A stretch of DNA of 64,000 bases from an uncultured Thermoplasmata archaeon (lineage in GTDB: Archaea; Thermoplasmatota; Thermoplasmata; UBA10834). The DNA is taken from the NCBI GenBank assembly GCA_964644565.1, contig CAZXWO010000006.1, forward strand, positions 6,469 through 70,468, given 5' to 3'. Position numbers and translations under genes: made by a program. Positions within the stretch are counted from its first letter, which is position 1; the number at the start of each line of letters is the position of its first letter. A model generated the notes under the pieces. The model was given only the letters and a program-made list of their open reading frames with translations, did no database searches and had not been told where the DNA came from. Shown piece by piece: positions 28,052 to 37,244 of this stretch.

Positions 28052-28468
28052 TCAGAGCACCTCCGAGTCTATGATGAAGACGCACCTGTCGTCGCCCTTG
28101 GAGACGCACTTCCTCTCGTGGCAGTAGACGTCCCTGCCGGTGCGCTCCTCGAAGACCTTGGCGAGGACGCCCCTCAGCATGTGGCACGTAGGCGAGTCGG
28201 AGTTCGAGACCTCGATAGACCCGCTCACGTTGACGGTGTCGCCCTCGAACGCTATGTCGCTGACCCACCCCTCCCGGATGAGGGCGTCCCTGACCCTCGA
28301 GAGGTCGGTCCCCGTCGCCTTGACCAGGCGGCTGCCGATGATCCTGCCGCACCTGTAGAACATTCCGTGCGAGGCGAAGGTCATGACCGTCTCGTACAGC
28401 TTCTTGATCTCGACGAGCTCATCCTTGCGCAGCTTTATGGCGCGCTCTGGTGACTCCATAATGTACAC
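28052..28468 (-). CDS. V4R (4-vinyl reductase-like) small-molecule-binding domain protein
   Basis: C-terminal Cys pattern CHMLRGVL...G....CHERKCVSKGDDRCVFII typical of V4R. The stop abuts the KaiC-like start (0-nt gap). Confidence 0.65.
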   Translation of the reverse strand: MYIMESPERAIKLRKDELVEIKKLYETVMTFASHGMFYRCGRIIGSRLVKATGTDLSRVRDALIREGWVSDIAFEGDTVNVSGSIEVSNSDSPTCHMLRGVLAKVFEERTGRDVYCHERKCVSKGDDRCVFIIDSEVL

Positions 28469-28566
28469 CTACACCGGGGATGGCGTCTATCAATAAGTCG
28501 GGACTTATACCTTTTGGTCGCGCGCTGGCTGGAGGCACGTACACGTGCCGCCACGTCCCGAGACAG

Positions 28567-28576
28567 TTTAATTTAT
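28567..28576 (+). promoter_or_regulatory. TATA box (TTTAATTTAT) about 29 nt upstream of ATG 28601
   Basis: AT-rich element in a GC-rich spacer. The spacing fits a leaderless CYTH mRNA. Confidence 0.45.
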
Positions 28577-28600
28577 GACCTAGGGCTAATGGGGGCCGTG

Positions 28601-29137
28601 ATGGAAGTAGAGTCGAAGTTCAGGTCGCCCGGCAACGAGAAGGTCGAGAAGGCGCTGAACAAGCTCGGCGCCGAGTTCGTGTCGGAGGAGGAGACCGAGG
28701 ACGTGTATTTCAGGCATCCAGGCCGCGATTTCGGGAAGACCGACGAGGCGCTCCGCCTGAGGAAGAAGGCCGACGTCTCCGAGCTGACCTACAAGGGTCC
28801 GAGGATGAGGCTCGAGCACACGAAGGCGAGGGAGGAGGTCACGCTGCCCATCAGCGACGCACTCGCCGCCCAGAGGATCGTCGAGAGGCTAGGGTTCACC
28901 GAGTTCATGGCTGTCCGCAAGAAGCGCAGGAACTTCAGGTACGACAAGATAAGGGTCGCAGTCGACCTCGTCGAGGGACTGGGGGAGTACGTCGAGCTCG
29001 AGCTCATCACGGAGGAGCCGAAGAGGGCGGCGGCCCTCATCGAACAGGTGAGGGATGAGCTCGCCCTGTCGGAGCTGGAGCCGAGGACCTACCTCGAGAT
29101 GATCCTGGACAGCGGTGCCCCTGGAGACAAGAAATGA
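28601..29137 (+). CDS. CYTH-domain protein (class IV adenylate cyclase CyaB / triphosphate tunnel metalloenzyme)
   Basis: N-terminal ExExK (MEVESKF), then DEALRLR, E.TYKG and VDLVEGLGEYVELE. The track ORF starts at TTG 28514. ATG 28589 and ATG 28601 are alternatives, and 28601 fits the TATA spacing. Confidence 0.8.
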   Translation: MEVESKFRSPGNEKVEKALNKLGAEFVSEEETEDVYFRHPGRDFGKTDEALRLRKKADVSELTYKGPRMRLEHTKAREEVTLPISDALAAQRIVERLGFTEFMAVRKKRRNFRYDKIRVAVDLVEGLGEYVELELITEEPKRAAALIEQVRDELALSELEPRTYLEMILDSGAPGDKK

Positions 29138-29206
29138 GGTGGCGGGTGCGACCGGGTGCCCGTCGAGCGCACCCATTTCGCCGGCTGGCCGGTCACGGCC
29201 GCCGGT

Positions 29207-29455
29207 TCAGAGCTTGCTGATCTTCTCCGTCACGAACGACTTGATGACCGGGTCGTCGGGTATCGTGATGGACTTCTTGTACTTCTCGCTGCCGTCTGGC
29301 AGGAAGTAGCCACGGGACACCGAGATGAACTCGCTGTCGCCCTCGTCGGTGATCGCCTTCTTCCGCGCAACTTCGAGGAAGTTGTTCTTGCCGAAGGGTA
29401 TCTTCTCAGCACTCAGAGTCTCGAACCGCACCTTTGTTTGCTGTTCATCGTCCAT
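29207..29455 (-). CDS. small protein, possibly a PC4/YdbC-like ssDNA-binding fold (82 aa)
   Basis: MDDEQQTKVRFETLSAEKIPFGKNNFLEVARKKA...SEFISVSRGYFLPDGSEKYKKSITIPDD. An SD (GGAGG) sits 8 nt upstream of ATG 29455. The 547-aa track ORF upstream of this is antisense junk. Confidence 0.5.
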   Translation of the reverse strand: MDDEQQTKVRFETLSAEKIPFGKNNFLEVARKKAITDEGDSEFISVSRGYFLPDGSEKYKKSITIPDDPVIKSFVTEKISKL

Positions 29456-29620
29456 TTGGTGGCCTCCGTGAAGCAAGGCGGGTGGCAAGACACTATTCCG
29501 ACGATATAAAGGTTGGCGGGAGGCTGAGGGACGCGCGCGGGCCGCGCCTTCCGCCTGGAGCGTGTCCAGTCCTCGGCGCAGGCGCAAATCATAATATATT
29601 GACACGGGCTCTTTTCGCGC

Positions 29621-30997
29621 GTGTCTGTCCCTGACAGCGGCGCCGAGCCCCGGCCACAGGACGAATACTGCGGGTACTGCGGCACCCTGATACCGCCCCT
29701 CGGGCGCTTCTGCCCGCGGTGCGGTGCGCTCAGGGCATCGCTCAGGGAGGGGGCGCCAGGGTCGCAGCACGCGCAGCCCGTGCCATCGGAGTGGGGGCGG
29801 CGTCCCGCACCGGCGAGGAGGACGCCGTCCTGGCGGCTCATCATCAAGACGCTCCTCGCCTTCGGCATGCTGACCTTCGCCGTCCAGCTGATCCTGGGAC
29901 TGGCGACGCTCATCTGGGGGACGACCATCGTCCTCCCCGAGATAGTCCACGATGATTACATCCTGTTCGTGATCGCGCCGGTGCTGATAGGGATCGTGGA
30001 GATATCGGGGGACGCGCTCGCGGCGTACTATCTCCTCATCGTGGGGGCGATAGTCGTCAGCGCCATATGGCTTGCCCTGACCAGCGCCAAGGGTTACTAC
30101 AAGGAGCTCAAGATGAAGGGGGAGCCGCGCAAGCACAGCGCGTTCTTCGACCTGTGCGGGCTGATGTTCGCGGTCCTGTTCATGAACGTGGTCGTCGTGC
30201 TCGTCACAGGGGCCCTCTGGGAGGAGCCCACGTCCCCGACCGAGGACTCGGAGCTCTGGCGGCTCCTGTTCCTGCTGGCGAACGCCTCCGTGTGGGAGGA
30301 GCTCGTCGTGCGCGTGCTCCTCATAGGGGTGCCGCTCCTGCTCATCGACCTCCTCCGCAACAGGATGCAGGACAAGAGGTACAGGTACGTCCTGGGAGGA
30401 GGGTTCACCTTCGGGGTCGCCGAGGTGTCGCTCGTCCTCGTCTCCTCCGCCCTCTTCGGTCTCGGACACCTCGATGGATGGGGCTCGTGGAAGGTCTTCC
30501 CGGCAGCGGTGGCCGGGGTGGCCTTCGGCTACATGTTCCTGAGGCATGGCCTTGCTTCGGCGATCATGCTGCACTTCGCGTTCGACTACCTCTCGATGCC
30601 GACCGAGGTCTTCGCGAGCACGTCGGACATGGGGATGCTGATAATCTTCGGGTTCGCGGTCCTCGCATGGATGGCCATGGGGGCCGTGTTCTTCGGGTAC
30701 TACATCCTCAGGATGGTCGAGTTCGTGACCAAGAGGGAGTACTTCGAGGAGGCGGTGGTCGCACGCACCTACCCCCCGTACCAGGTCTACTACACCCACC
30801 CATACGTCGCGCACCAGGTGCGGCAGCCGCCCCCTGGCCCCGCCGAGCACGAACAGCGCGGCGCCCAGCAGGCGCGGGCGGGACCAGCGGGGCCCCAGGC
30901 GTCCCCGGGGTTCTTCGTGTGCCCTGTCTGCGGGTCCACTGGGGCGAGCTGGAGGGACGGCAAGTTCCAGTGCCTAAGGTGCGGGACCGTCATCTAG
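29621..30997 (+). CDS. CPBP-family intramembrane glutamic endopeptidase (CAAX protease/Abi) with N- and C-terminal zinc ribbons
   Basis: CPBP motifs WEELVVR, FGLGH and HFAFD in a polytopic core. The Zn ribbons are CGYCG..x10..CPRCG (N-terminal) and CPVCG..x12..CLRCG (C-terminal). GTG start. Confidence 0.75.
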   Translation: MSVPDSGAEPRPQDEYCGYCGTLIPPLGRFCPRCGALRASLREGAPGSQHAQPVPSEWGRRPAPARRTPSWRLIIKTLLAFGMLTFAVQLILGLATLIWGTTIVLPEIVHDDYILFVIAPVLIGIVEISGDALAAYYLLIVGAIVVSAIWLALTSAKGYYKELKMKGEPRKHSAFFDLCGLMFAVLFMNVVVVLVTGALWEEPTSPTEDSELWRLLFLLANASVWEELVVRVLLIGVPLLLIDLLRNRMQDKRYRYVLGGGFTFGVAEVSLVLVSSALFGLGHLDGWGSWKVFPAAVAGVAFGYMFLRHGLASAIMLHFAFDYLSMPTEVFASTSDMGMLIIFGFAVLAWMAMGAVFFGYYILRMVEFVTKREYFEEAVVARTYPPYQVYYTHPYVAHQVRQPPPGPAEHEQRGAQQARAGPAGPQASPGFFVCPVCGSTGASWRDGKFQCLRCGTVI

Positions 30998-31747
30998 GAG
31001 TCGCTCCAGCACGGCCTTGCTCCTGACCCCCGGGCCCAGGTCGGTCGACTCTATCACCAGGTTGCCGGAGTAGGACGACCTCAGCACGGACACGACCTTC
31101 CCGAGGTCGGCCGTGCCCTCGTCGATGACGTTGTGCTGGTCCCACTGACCCTCGTTGTTGTGCAGGTGGACGTTCCGGAACATCGAGACATGCTTCAGCA
31201 TGTCGTCCAGCTCCCCCGCCGTGTTCGCGTGGCCCATGTCGAAGCATATCCCTGCGGTGGTGCCGTCGATGACCGAGAGGAGGTCCTCCGTCTTCGTGCA
31301 GGTGGCGTTTATGTTGGCAGGCATGTTCTCCACGGCCATGACCACTCCGTGCTCCTCTGCGACCGGGGCGAGCTCCTGTATCGACCTGCGTGTCACGGCG
31401 AGCGGCCTCGACCGGTCCAGGAAGGCGATCCCGTTGACGAAACCCGGATGGACCGTCACGACCGGGATATCGAGTTCGCGACACATCGCGATGACGTGGG
31501 CGACCTCCCCGACCGCGGCGCGCCTCATAGGTTCGTACACGCTCCCGATGTTCACGTCGCTGAGGGGCACGTGGGCCTGGAACCTCAGGTCGAGGGTGTC
31601 CCTGGCGTCCCGGAGCTCCTTGCGGACGAGGTCCAGGCGGTGCTCCCCCTCGGACAGGACCTCCCACAGGTCGAAGTGCTCTGCTATGGACTCGGCCATC
31701 CGGGCGAAGGGTGTGCTGCAGAAGAGCGGGGACGCTATCCCGATCAT
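30974..31747 (-). CDS. sugar phosphate isomerase/epimerase (xylose isomerase-like TIM barrel, AP endonuclease 2 family)
   Basis: VTVHPG, MAVENM, CFDMGHAN and HLHNN metal-ligand pattern. Confidence 0.75.
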   Translation of the reverse strand: MIGIASPLFCSTPFARMAESIAEHFDLWEVLSEGEHRLDLVRKELRDARDTLDLRFQAHVPLSDVNIGSVYEPMRRAAVGEVAHVIAMCRELDIPVVTVHPGFVNGIAFLDRSRPLAVTRRSIQELAPVAEEHGVVMAVENMPANINATCTKTEDLLSVIDGTTAGICFDMGHANTAGELDDMLKHVSMFRNVHLHNNEGQWDQHNVIDEGTADLGKVVSVLRSSYSGNLVIESTDLGPGVRSKAVLERLLDDGPAP

Positions 31748-32130
31748 CGCCTCTCGCCCCCGTCGCCCTCGGGCCGGGGGGCGATCTCGTCGATGGTCCT
31801 GTCGGTGTCGTCAGTGACGATGGTCACCTCGATGTCTCCTAGCGCGTGTTCCTCCTCCGAGAAGGAGACCTTGCCCGCGGCGGCGACCTGCTTGTTGAGC
31901 GTGAACCTCACGCTGCCGGCGGAGGCCCCGCGCCGCATCACCGCCCTGGCGGCCGACCTTGTCCGCTGTCTCCTCAGGAGCTCGGCGAACCACTCGACGG
32001 AGTGGGACACCCCGCGGACGGGGTCGTCCCCCTGTGGCACGAAATCGGGGAACAGGTTCGCTATGGCGCCCACGACCTTCGCCCTGTCCTCGGTCGGGAA
32101 ACACCTGGCTGTGACCACGACGTCAGTCAC
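31744..32130 (-). CDS. UPF0201/COG1931 RNA-binding-fold protein
   Basis: 128 aa. VVVTARCFPTED..KV..A..NLFP pattern. It overlaps the downstream gene by 4 nt. Confidence 0.5.
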   Translation of the reverse strand: MTDVVVTARCFPTEDRAKVVGAIANLFPDFVPQGDDPVRGVSHSVEWFAELLRRQRTRSAARAVMRRGASAGSVRFTLNKQVAAAGKVSFSEEEHALGDIEVTIVTDDTDRTIDEIAPRPEGDGGERR

Positions 32131-32139
32131 GATGCGACC

Positions 32140-33636
32140 ATGCTCGAAAAGCTATTTAAAGACGTCCGCGCTAGGATTGCCGGGATGAAGAAGCGGATTC
32201 TCCAGCTGCTGACCGAGAAGGGCGTCCTCGTAGACCCAGAGGCGGCTGAGGCGCTGTCCAGGCTCAAGGACCCCATGGCCTGCGTCGAGAGCATACTGAA
32301 CGATGCCGATGGCAGGCCGCTGATACTCACCAAGGAGGACGTCGGAGACTACGCGTCATGTGCGAGGAAGCCCGCTCCGGAGAAGGCCCCGGAGGAGGGG
32401 CGCGCGCCCGGGCGGGTCGCGGCCGCGAGACCCCCCGCCCGCGAGGTGCGGGTGATCAGGGACATCACGGGCGACTCGACCTGCGTCGGTGAGATCATGG
32501 ACTTCACCAAGCTGTTCAACGACCGCTACACCTCGATCAAACGGATGCTCGCCAAGAGGAGGGAGCTCGCGGGCATCGTCCCCATCTCGAAGGCCAAGAA
32601 GGTTCAGAGGGAGGTGAGGATCGTCGGCATGCTGAACGAGACCAGGACGACGAAGCACGGCCACACCCTCCTGGAGATAGAGGACGAGACGGACAAGGTC
32701 CAGGTCCTCGTGATGAAGGGGCCCAGGAGGGCCGGTGACGGGTTCATCAAGGACGAGGTGATGGGCATCGCCGGCTCCTTCAGCAAGGACGGGGAGATAA
32801 TCATAGCGAAGGAGATCGTGAGGCCGGACGTCCCCCTGAACAGCGCGATGACCCCGAACGGGCCCGGGGGGGTGATGGCCTTCGTCTCCGACATCCACGT
32901 GGGCAGCGACACCTTCCTGCCTGAAGAGTGGAAGAGGTTCATGGAGTGGCTGAAGAAGAGCCCCGTGGCCAAGGACATCCGCTACATGGTGATGCCAGGG
33001 GACCTCGTGGACGGCATAGGCATCTACCCCGGCCAGGAGGACGAACTGCTCATCGAGGACGTCTTCGCCCAGTACTCGGAGCTCGCGGAGATGGTCAAGG
33101 CGATACCCGACTGGATCAAGGTCGTGATGATGCCCGGCAACCACGACGCCGTCAGGCTCGCGGAGCCGCAGCCGGCCCTCCCCAAGGACGTCCAGGCGAT
33201 GTTCGACTCCAACATCCTTTTCGTGGGCAACCCCTGCTACATGGAGGTCGAGGGACGGGTCATCCTGGCGTACCACGGGAGGAGCATGGACGACTACATC
33301 AAGAACGTCCCGGGGCTGGACTACGCCCACCCGCTGGAGGTCATGAGGGAGATGCTGAGGCGCAGGCACATGGCGCCCGTCTACGGCGAGAGGACCGCGC
33401 TGGCGCCAGAGAAGAAGGACTACCTCGTTATCGACCAGGTGCCCAACATATTCGTGACGGGGCACGTGCACAAGTGCGGCATCGCGGAGTACCGGGGGAT
33501 CAAACTCATCAACGCGTCCGCGTGGCAGTCGCAGACGGACTTCCAGAGGATGCACAACCAGGTCCCCGACCCGGCCAAGGTGCCCATGATAGACCTCGGC
33601 AACGGCGAGATGTGGGTGGAGGACTTCTCCGGCTGA
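32140..33636 (+). CDS. polB: DNA polymerase II (PolD) small subunit DP1
   Basis: OB-fold region followed by calcineurin-like phosphoesterase motifs (FVSDIHVGS, MPGDLVDG, MPGNHD, GHVH). ATG 32185 (MKKRIL) is an alternative start. Confidence 0.9.
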   Translation: MLEKLFKDVRARIAGMKKRILQLLTEKGVLVDPEAAEALSRLKDPMACVESILNDADGRPLILTKEDVGDYASCARKPAPEKAPEEGRAPGRVAAARPPAREVRVIRDITGDSTCVGEIMDFTKLFNDRYTSIKRMLAKRRELAGIVPISKAKKVQREVRIVGMLNETRTTKHGHTLLEIEDETDKVQVLVMKGPRRAGDGFIKDEVMGIAGSFSKDGEIIIAKEIVRPDVPLNSAMTPNGPGGVMAFVSDIHVGSDTFLPEEWKRFMEWLKKSPVAKDIRYMVMPGDLVDGIGIYPGQEDELLIEDVFAQYSELAEMVKAIPDWIKVVMMPGNHDAVRLAEPQPALPKDVQAMFDSNILFVGNPCYMEVEGRVILAYHGRSMDDYIKNVPGLDYAHPLEVMREMLRRRHMAPVYGERTALAPEKKDYLVIDQVPNIFVTGHVHKCGIAEYRGIKLINASAWQSQTDFQRMHNQVPDPAKVPMIDLGNGEMWVEDFSG

Positions 33637-33678
33637 CCGCGGAAAAGGGTTCATATCCGCTGGACTGCATCCGGTGTC

Positions 33679-35097
33679 ATGCGCGGACTGGGCGTCTTCT
33701 TCGACCCGGGGTCGGTCGCCGTCATAGGGGCCACGCCGACCCCTGGAAAGGTCGGGAACATAGTCATCGAGAACCTCTACGGCGAGGGATACCCGGGCAA
33801 GGTCTTCCTCGTAAACCCGAACCACAAGGAGATGCTCGGCATGCCCTGCTACCCGTCCGTGCTCGACTGCCCAGGGGATGTCGACCTGGCAGTGGTCGTC
33901 GTGCCAGCCAAGCTGGTCGCTGGGGTTGTCGACGAGGCTGGGAGGAAGGGCGTGAAGGCCGCGGTCATCATCTCGGCGGGGTTCTCCGAGGGCGACGAGG
34001 AGGGCAAGGCGCGTGAGAGGGACGTCCTCGCGACGGCCGCGAAGTACGGGATGAGGTTCGTCGGCCCCAACTCGCTCGGCGTCATCGCGCCGCACGCGCG
34101 CATGAACGCGTCGTTCGCGAGGACGACGCCGCTGAAGGGGCCGATCGCGTTCTTCTCGCAGAGCGGGGCGTTCTGCACCGCCGCGATCGAGTACTCGGTC
34201 AGGGAGATGCTGGGATTCTCCGCGTTCGTCAGCTCTGGCAACAAGGCGGACATCGACGACTCCGACCTGATCAGGCACTTCGCGTCCGACGACAAGACCC
34301 GCTGCATCGCAGCCTACATGGAGTCGACCAGGGACGGCCAGGCGTTCTTCGACGCCCTCGGCGAGGCGTCCCTCAGGAAGCCCATCGTGATACTCAAGGC
34401 GGGCAGGACGGAGCGCGGGGCCAGGGCGGCGAAGTCCCACACGGGCGCGCTCGCAGGCTCCGACTCGGCATACGAGGGGGTGTTCCGGCAGACCGGGGTG
34501 TACAGGGCCAAGACCATGTACGAGCTGTTCGACGCCGCGCAGGCGCTCGCCTACCAGCCGCCCATGGACGGCGAGGGCATCGCCATAGTGACCAACGCCG
34601 GCGGGATGGGCGTCATCGCCACCGACTTCGCGAACGACCTCGGCCTGGGGCTGGCGGAGCTCTCCGCCGAGACCCTCGAGGAAATCAAGAAGGCCTGCCC
34701 GTCGACCTGGAGCCCGGGGAACCCGGTCGACATCATCGGCGATGCGGACACCGCCAGGTATGCGAACGTCCTCACGGCGGTCGGCAAGGACCCCGGCGTG
34801 AAGGCCATAATGGTGATAGCCGCGCGGCAGGCGGCCACCAACCTGTTCCAGATCGCGAAGTGGATAGCCATCACGGCACGCATAAGCGGGAAGCCGACCG
34901 TGGCCTGCTTCGCAGGCATATTCGACCAGGAGTCCGAACAGTTCCTCGACTCCAGGGGGATACCTGTGATGTCCGTCCCCGAACGCGCCATAACCGCCCT
35001 GCATGCGCTATCGGAGCGCGGGAAGTGGCTGAAGAAGAAGGGTGTGGACGTGCCCAGGCGTGCGCCCGACGGCGGGGCGGGGGACCTAACCGACTAG
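33679..35097 (+). CDS. acdA: acetyl-CoA synthetase (ADP-forming) alpha subunit / acyl-CoA synthetase CoA-binding subunit
   Basis: FDPGSVAVIGA CoA-binding N-terminus, FVGPNSLG, and the phosphohistidine loop AKSHTGALAGS. Confidence 0.85.
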   Translation: MRGLGVFFDPGSVAVIGATPTPGKVGNIVIENLYGEGYPGKVFLVNPNHKEMLGMPCYPSVLDCPGDVDLAVVVVPAKLVAGVVDEAGRKGVKAAVIISAGFSEGDEEGKARERDVLATAAKYGMRFVGPNSLGVIAPHARMNASFARTTPLKGPIAFFSQSGAFCTAAIEYSVREMLGFSAFVSSGNKADIDDSDLIRHFASDDKTRCIAAYMESTRDGQAFFDALGEASLRKPIVILKAGRTERGARAAKSHTGALAGSDSAYEGVFRQTGVYRAKTMYELFDAAQALAYQPPMDGEGIAIVTNAGGMGVIATDFANDLGLGLAELSAETLEEIKKACPSTWSPGNPVDIIGDADTARYANVLTAVGKDPGVKAIMVIAARQAATNLFQIAKWIAITARISGKPTVACFAGIFDQESEQFLDSRGIPVMSVPERAITALHALSERGKWLKKKGVDVPRRAPDGGAGDLTD

Positions 35098-35217
35098 GTC
35101 CATGATTATCAGGGCGTAGCCGATCCCGAGGAAGACCAGGCTGGCCCAGAACGCTATCCAGAAGAGCTTCAGGAGCTTGACGCGGTCGTTGAGGATGCCG
35201 GACAGCGACAACCTCAT
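35086..35217 (-). CDS. candidate 43-aa single-TM protein translationally coupled to atpD (not in the ORF track)
   Basis: My translation: MRLSLSGILNDRVKLLKLFWIAFWASLVFLGIGYALIIMDLVG. Its ATG overlaps the atpD stop (ATGA). About 39 of 43 codons end in G or C. Confidence 0.45.
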   Translation of the reverse strand: MRLSLSGILNDRVKLLKLFWIAFWASLVFLGIGYALIIMDLVG

Positions 35218-35855
35218 GCCTCCGCCCTCTTCTGCGCCTTGTCCTTGATGCGCTTCAGGCGGAATATGTTGTCCCGCTCCATCTCCTCCAGCCTGAACCT
35301 GATGAACCTCTCGACCTCCTCCAGCTCCGGCAGCACCTTGAACTCGAGCGCGTTCACCCTGCGCTTGGTCCGCTCGATCTCCTCCAGCAGCTTCTTCATG
35401 GTGGTCTCGAGCTCCGCGGCCTTGACGACCGTCTCCACGAGCTTCTCGTAGGCGTCCGCGGCCTCGTCTATCCTCGGGGAGGTGCCGATGATGCCGTAGC
35501 CGCGCTCGTCGAGCGGCGCCACTATCCTCGAGGACTTGATCTCGGGGACGACCACGCCCATCAGGTTCCTGCTGCTGAGCTGTATCTCCGGGTGCACGGT
35601 CAGCGCGTACGCCGCCGACCTGACGGCGATGACGCCGTCGACGGCACCCGCGATTGCGATCTTCTCCCGCGCCTCCACGTACCGCCTCGCGATCTCCTGC
35701 CTCAGGTCCTTGGCCTCGTCGAGGATCTTGAAGAACTCCAGTATCAGGCCGTCACGCTTCAGCTTCAGGATCTTGTGGCCGTTCTTGGTCAACCTGATCT
35801 TCTTGGTGACCTCGAGCAGCTCGGACCTGGTCGGCTGGACCTCCCTTACCGGCAT
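35214..35855 (-). CDS. atpD: A-type ATP synthase subunit D
   Basis: VQPTRSELLEVTKKIRLTKNGHKILKLKRD pattern. It is the last gene of the operon. Confidence 0.9.
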   Translation of the reverse strand: MPVREVQPTRSELLEVTKKIRLTKNGHKILKLKRDGLILEFFKILDEAKDLRQEIARRYVEAREKIAIAGAVDGVIAVRSAAYALTVHPEIQLSSRNLMGVVVPEIKSSRIVAPLDERGYGIIGTSPRIDEAADAYEKLVETVVKAAELETTMKKLLEEIERTKRRVNALEFKVLPELEEVERFIRFRLEEMERDNIFRLKRIKDKAQKRAEA

Positions 35856-35861
35856 CCTGTC

Positions 35862-37241
35862 TCACTTCTTCCTGTTCATCGGGTGGTACTTCTCGATCAT
35901 CTTCCTGTCGATCTTCGTGAGGGCGTCGACCGGCAGCCCGGCCAGCAGCTCCCAGCCGAGGTCGAGGGTCTGGTGGATCGTCCTGTCCTCGTCCTTGCTC
36001 TGGCGCACGAACCTGTCCTCGAACGCCGCTGCGAAGTCGAGGAACTTGCGGTCCCTCTCCGAGAGGGCCTCCTTACCGACTATGGCGACCAGGCCCCTCA
36101 GGTCCCTGCCCTCGGCGTAGGCCGCATACAGCTGGTCCGAGACGGCCCTGTGGTCATCCCTGGTCCGCCCCTCGCCTATGCCCTGCCCCATCAGCCTCGA
36201 CAGGGACCGCTCCACCGCTATCGGCGGGTAGATGCCCTGCCTGTGCAGGTCCCTGGACGCGACGATCTGCCCCTCGGTGATGTAGCCGGTGAGGTCGGGG
36301 ATCGGGTGCGTGATGTCGTCGCCCGGCATCGACAGGATCGGGAACTGGGTTATGGACCCCCTCTTGCCCTTGATCCTGCCAGCACGCTCGTACAGGCTCG
36401 CGAGGTCGGTGTACATGTACCCCGGATATCCGCGCCTTGCCGGCACCTCCTCCCTCGCGGCGCCGATCTGCCTGAGCGCCTCGCAGTAGTTGGTCAGGTC
36501 GGTGAGTATCACGAGCACGTGCATGCCGAGGTCGAAGGCCAGGTACTCCGCCGTGGTCAGGGCGAGCTTCGGGGTGAGGAGCCTCTCGATCGCCGGGTCG
36601 TCGGCGAGGTTGAGGAACACCACCGCCTTCTTCAGCGCGCCCGTGCGCTCGAAGTCCTTCATGAAGTACTGGGCCTCCTCGCTCGTGATGCCCATGGCCG
36701 CGAACACGACGGCGAAGTCCTCCTTCTCGCCCAGCACCTTCGCCTGCCTCGCGATCTGGAGCGCGATGTCGTTGTGCGGCAGCCCGGAGCCGGAGAAGAT
36801 CGGGAGCTTCTGCCCCCTGACCAGCGTGTTCATCCCGTCTATCGACGAGATGCCCGTCTGGATGAACTCGCGCGGGTTGTCCCTCGCGTAGGGGTTGATG
36901 GCCGCGCCGATGATCTCCAGCCTCTTCTCGGGTATGATGGGCGGGCCCTTGTCGAGCGGGTCGCCCGAGCCGGTGAGTATCCTGCCGAGCATGTCCCTCG
37001 ATACGGGCATCTTGACCGTCTCTCCCAGGAACTTCACGCCGGACGCCCTGTCGATGCCGCCCGTCCCCTCGAACACCTGGACAACGACGACGTCGTCGGA
37101 GGTGTCGAGGACCTGGCCCCGCTTGACGGAGCCGTCGGGGAGGGCTATCGACACGAGCTCGTTGTACGCGACCGGCTCCGTCTTCTCGACGAACACGAGC
37201 GGCCCCGCAATCTGGTTGATCGTGTGGTACTCCTTCGCCAT
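35862..37241 (-). CDS. atpB: A-type ATP synthase subunit B
   Basis: [17 protein letters not shown]... and the conserved non-catalytic nucleotide-site region. Confidence 0.95.
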   Translation of the reverse strand: MAKEYHTINQIAGPLVFVEKTEPVAYNELVSIALPDGSVKRGQVLDTSDDVVVVQVFEGTGGIDRASGVKFLGETVKMPVSRDMLGRILTGSGDPLDKGPPIIPEKRLEIIGAAINPYARDNPREFIQTGISSIDGMNTLVRGQKLPIFSGSGLPHNDIALQIARQAKVLGEKEDFAVVFAAMGITSEEAQYFMKDFERTGALKKAVVFLNLADDPAIERLLTPKLALTTAEYLAFDLGMHVLVILTDLTNYCEALRQIGAAREEVPARRGYPGYMYTDLASLYERAGRIKGKRGSITQFPILSMPGDDITHPIPDLTGYITEGQIVASRDLHRQGIYPPIAVERSLSRLMGQGIGEGRTRDDHRAVSDQLYAAYAEGRDLRGLVAIVGKEALSERDRKFLDFAAAFEDRFVRQSKDEDRTIHQTLDLGWELLAGLPVDALTKIDRKMIEKYHPMNRKK

Positions 37242-37244
37242 GCG

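Noticed and set aside
29138-29206. Inverted repeat GGGTGCG...CGCACCC between the convergent CYTH and PC4-like genes, considered as a terminator
   Set aside because: Archaeal termination usually relies on oligo-T tracts, and none is present here. A GC-rich hairpin alone is weak evidence, so it is not called as a feature.
29456-30850. N-terminal about 465 aa of the 547-aa - strand track ORF 29207-30850
   Set aside because: Only the last 82 codons (29207-29455) look real, with an SD, normal composition and a compact fold pattern. The rest is antisense to the CPBP protease gene and is Arg/Glu/Pro/His-rich.
32356-35004. 882-aa - strand ORF antisense to the PolD small subunit and acdA
   Set aside because: Antisense artefact with Arg/Gly/Pro/His-rich composition. 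Both + strand genes carry clear family motifs.
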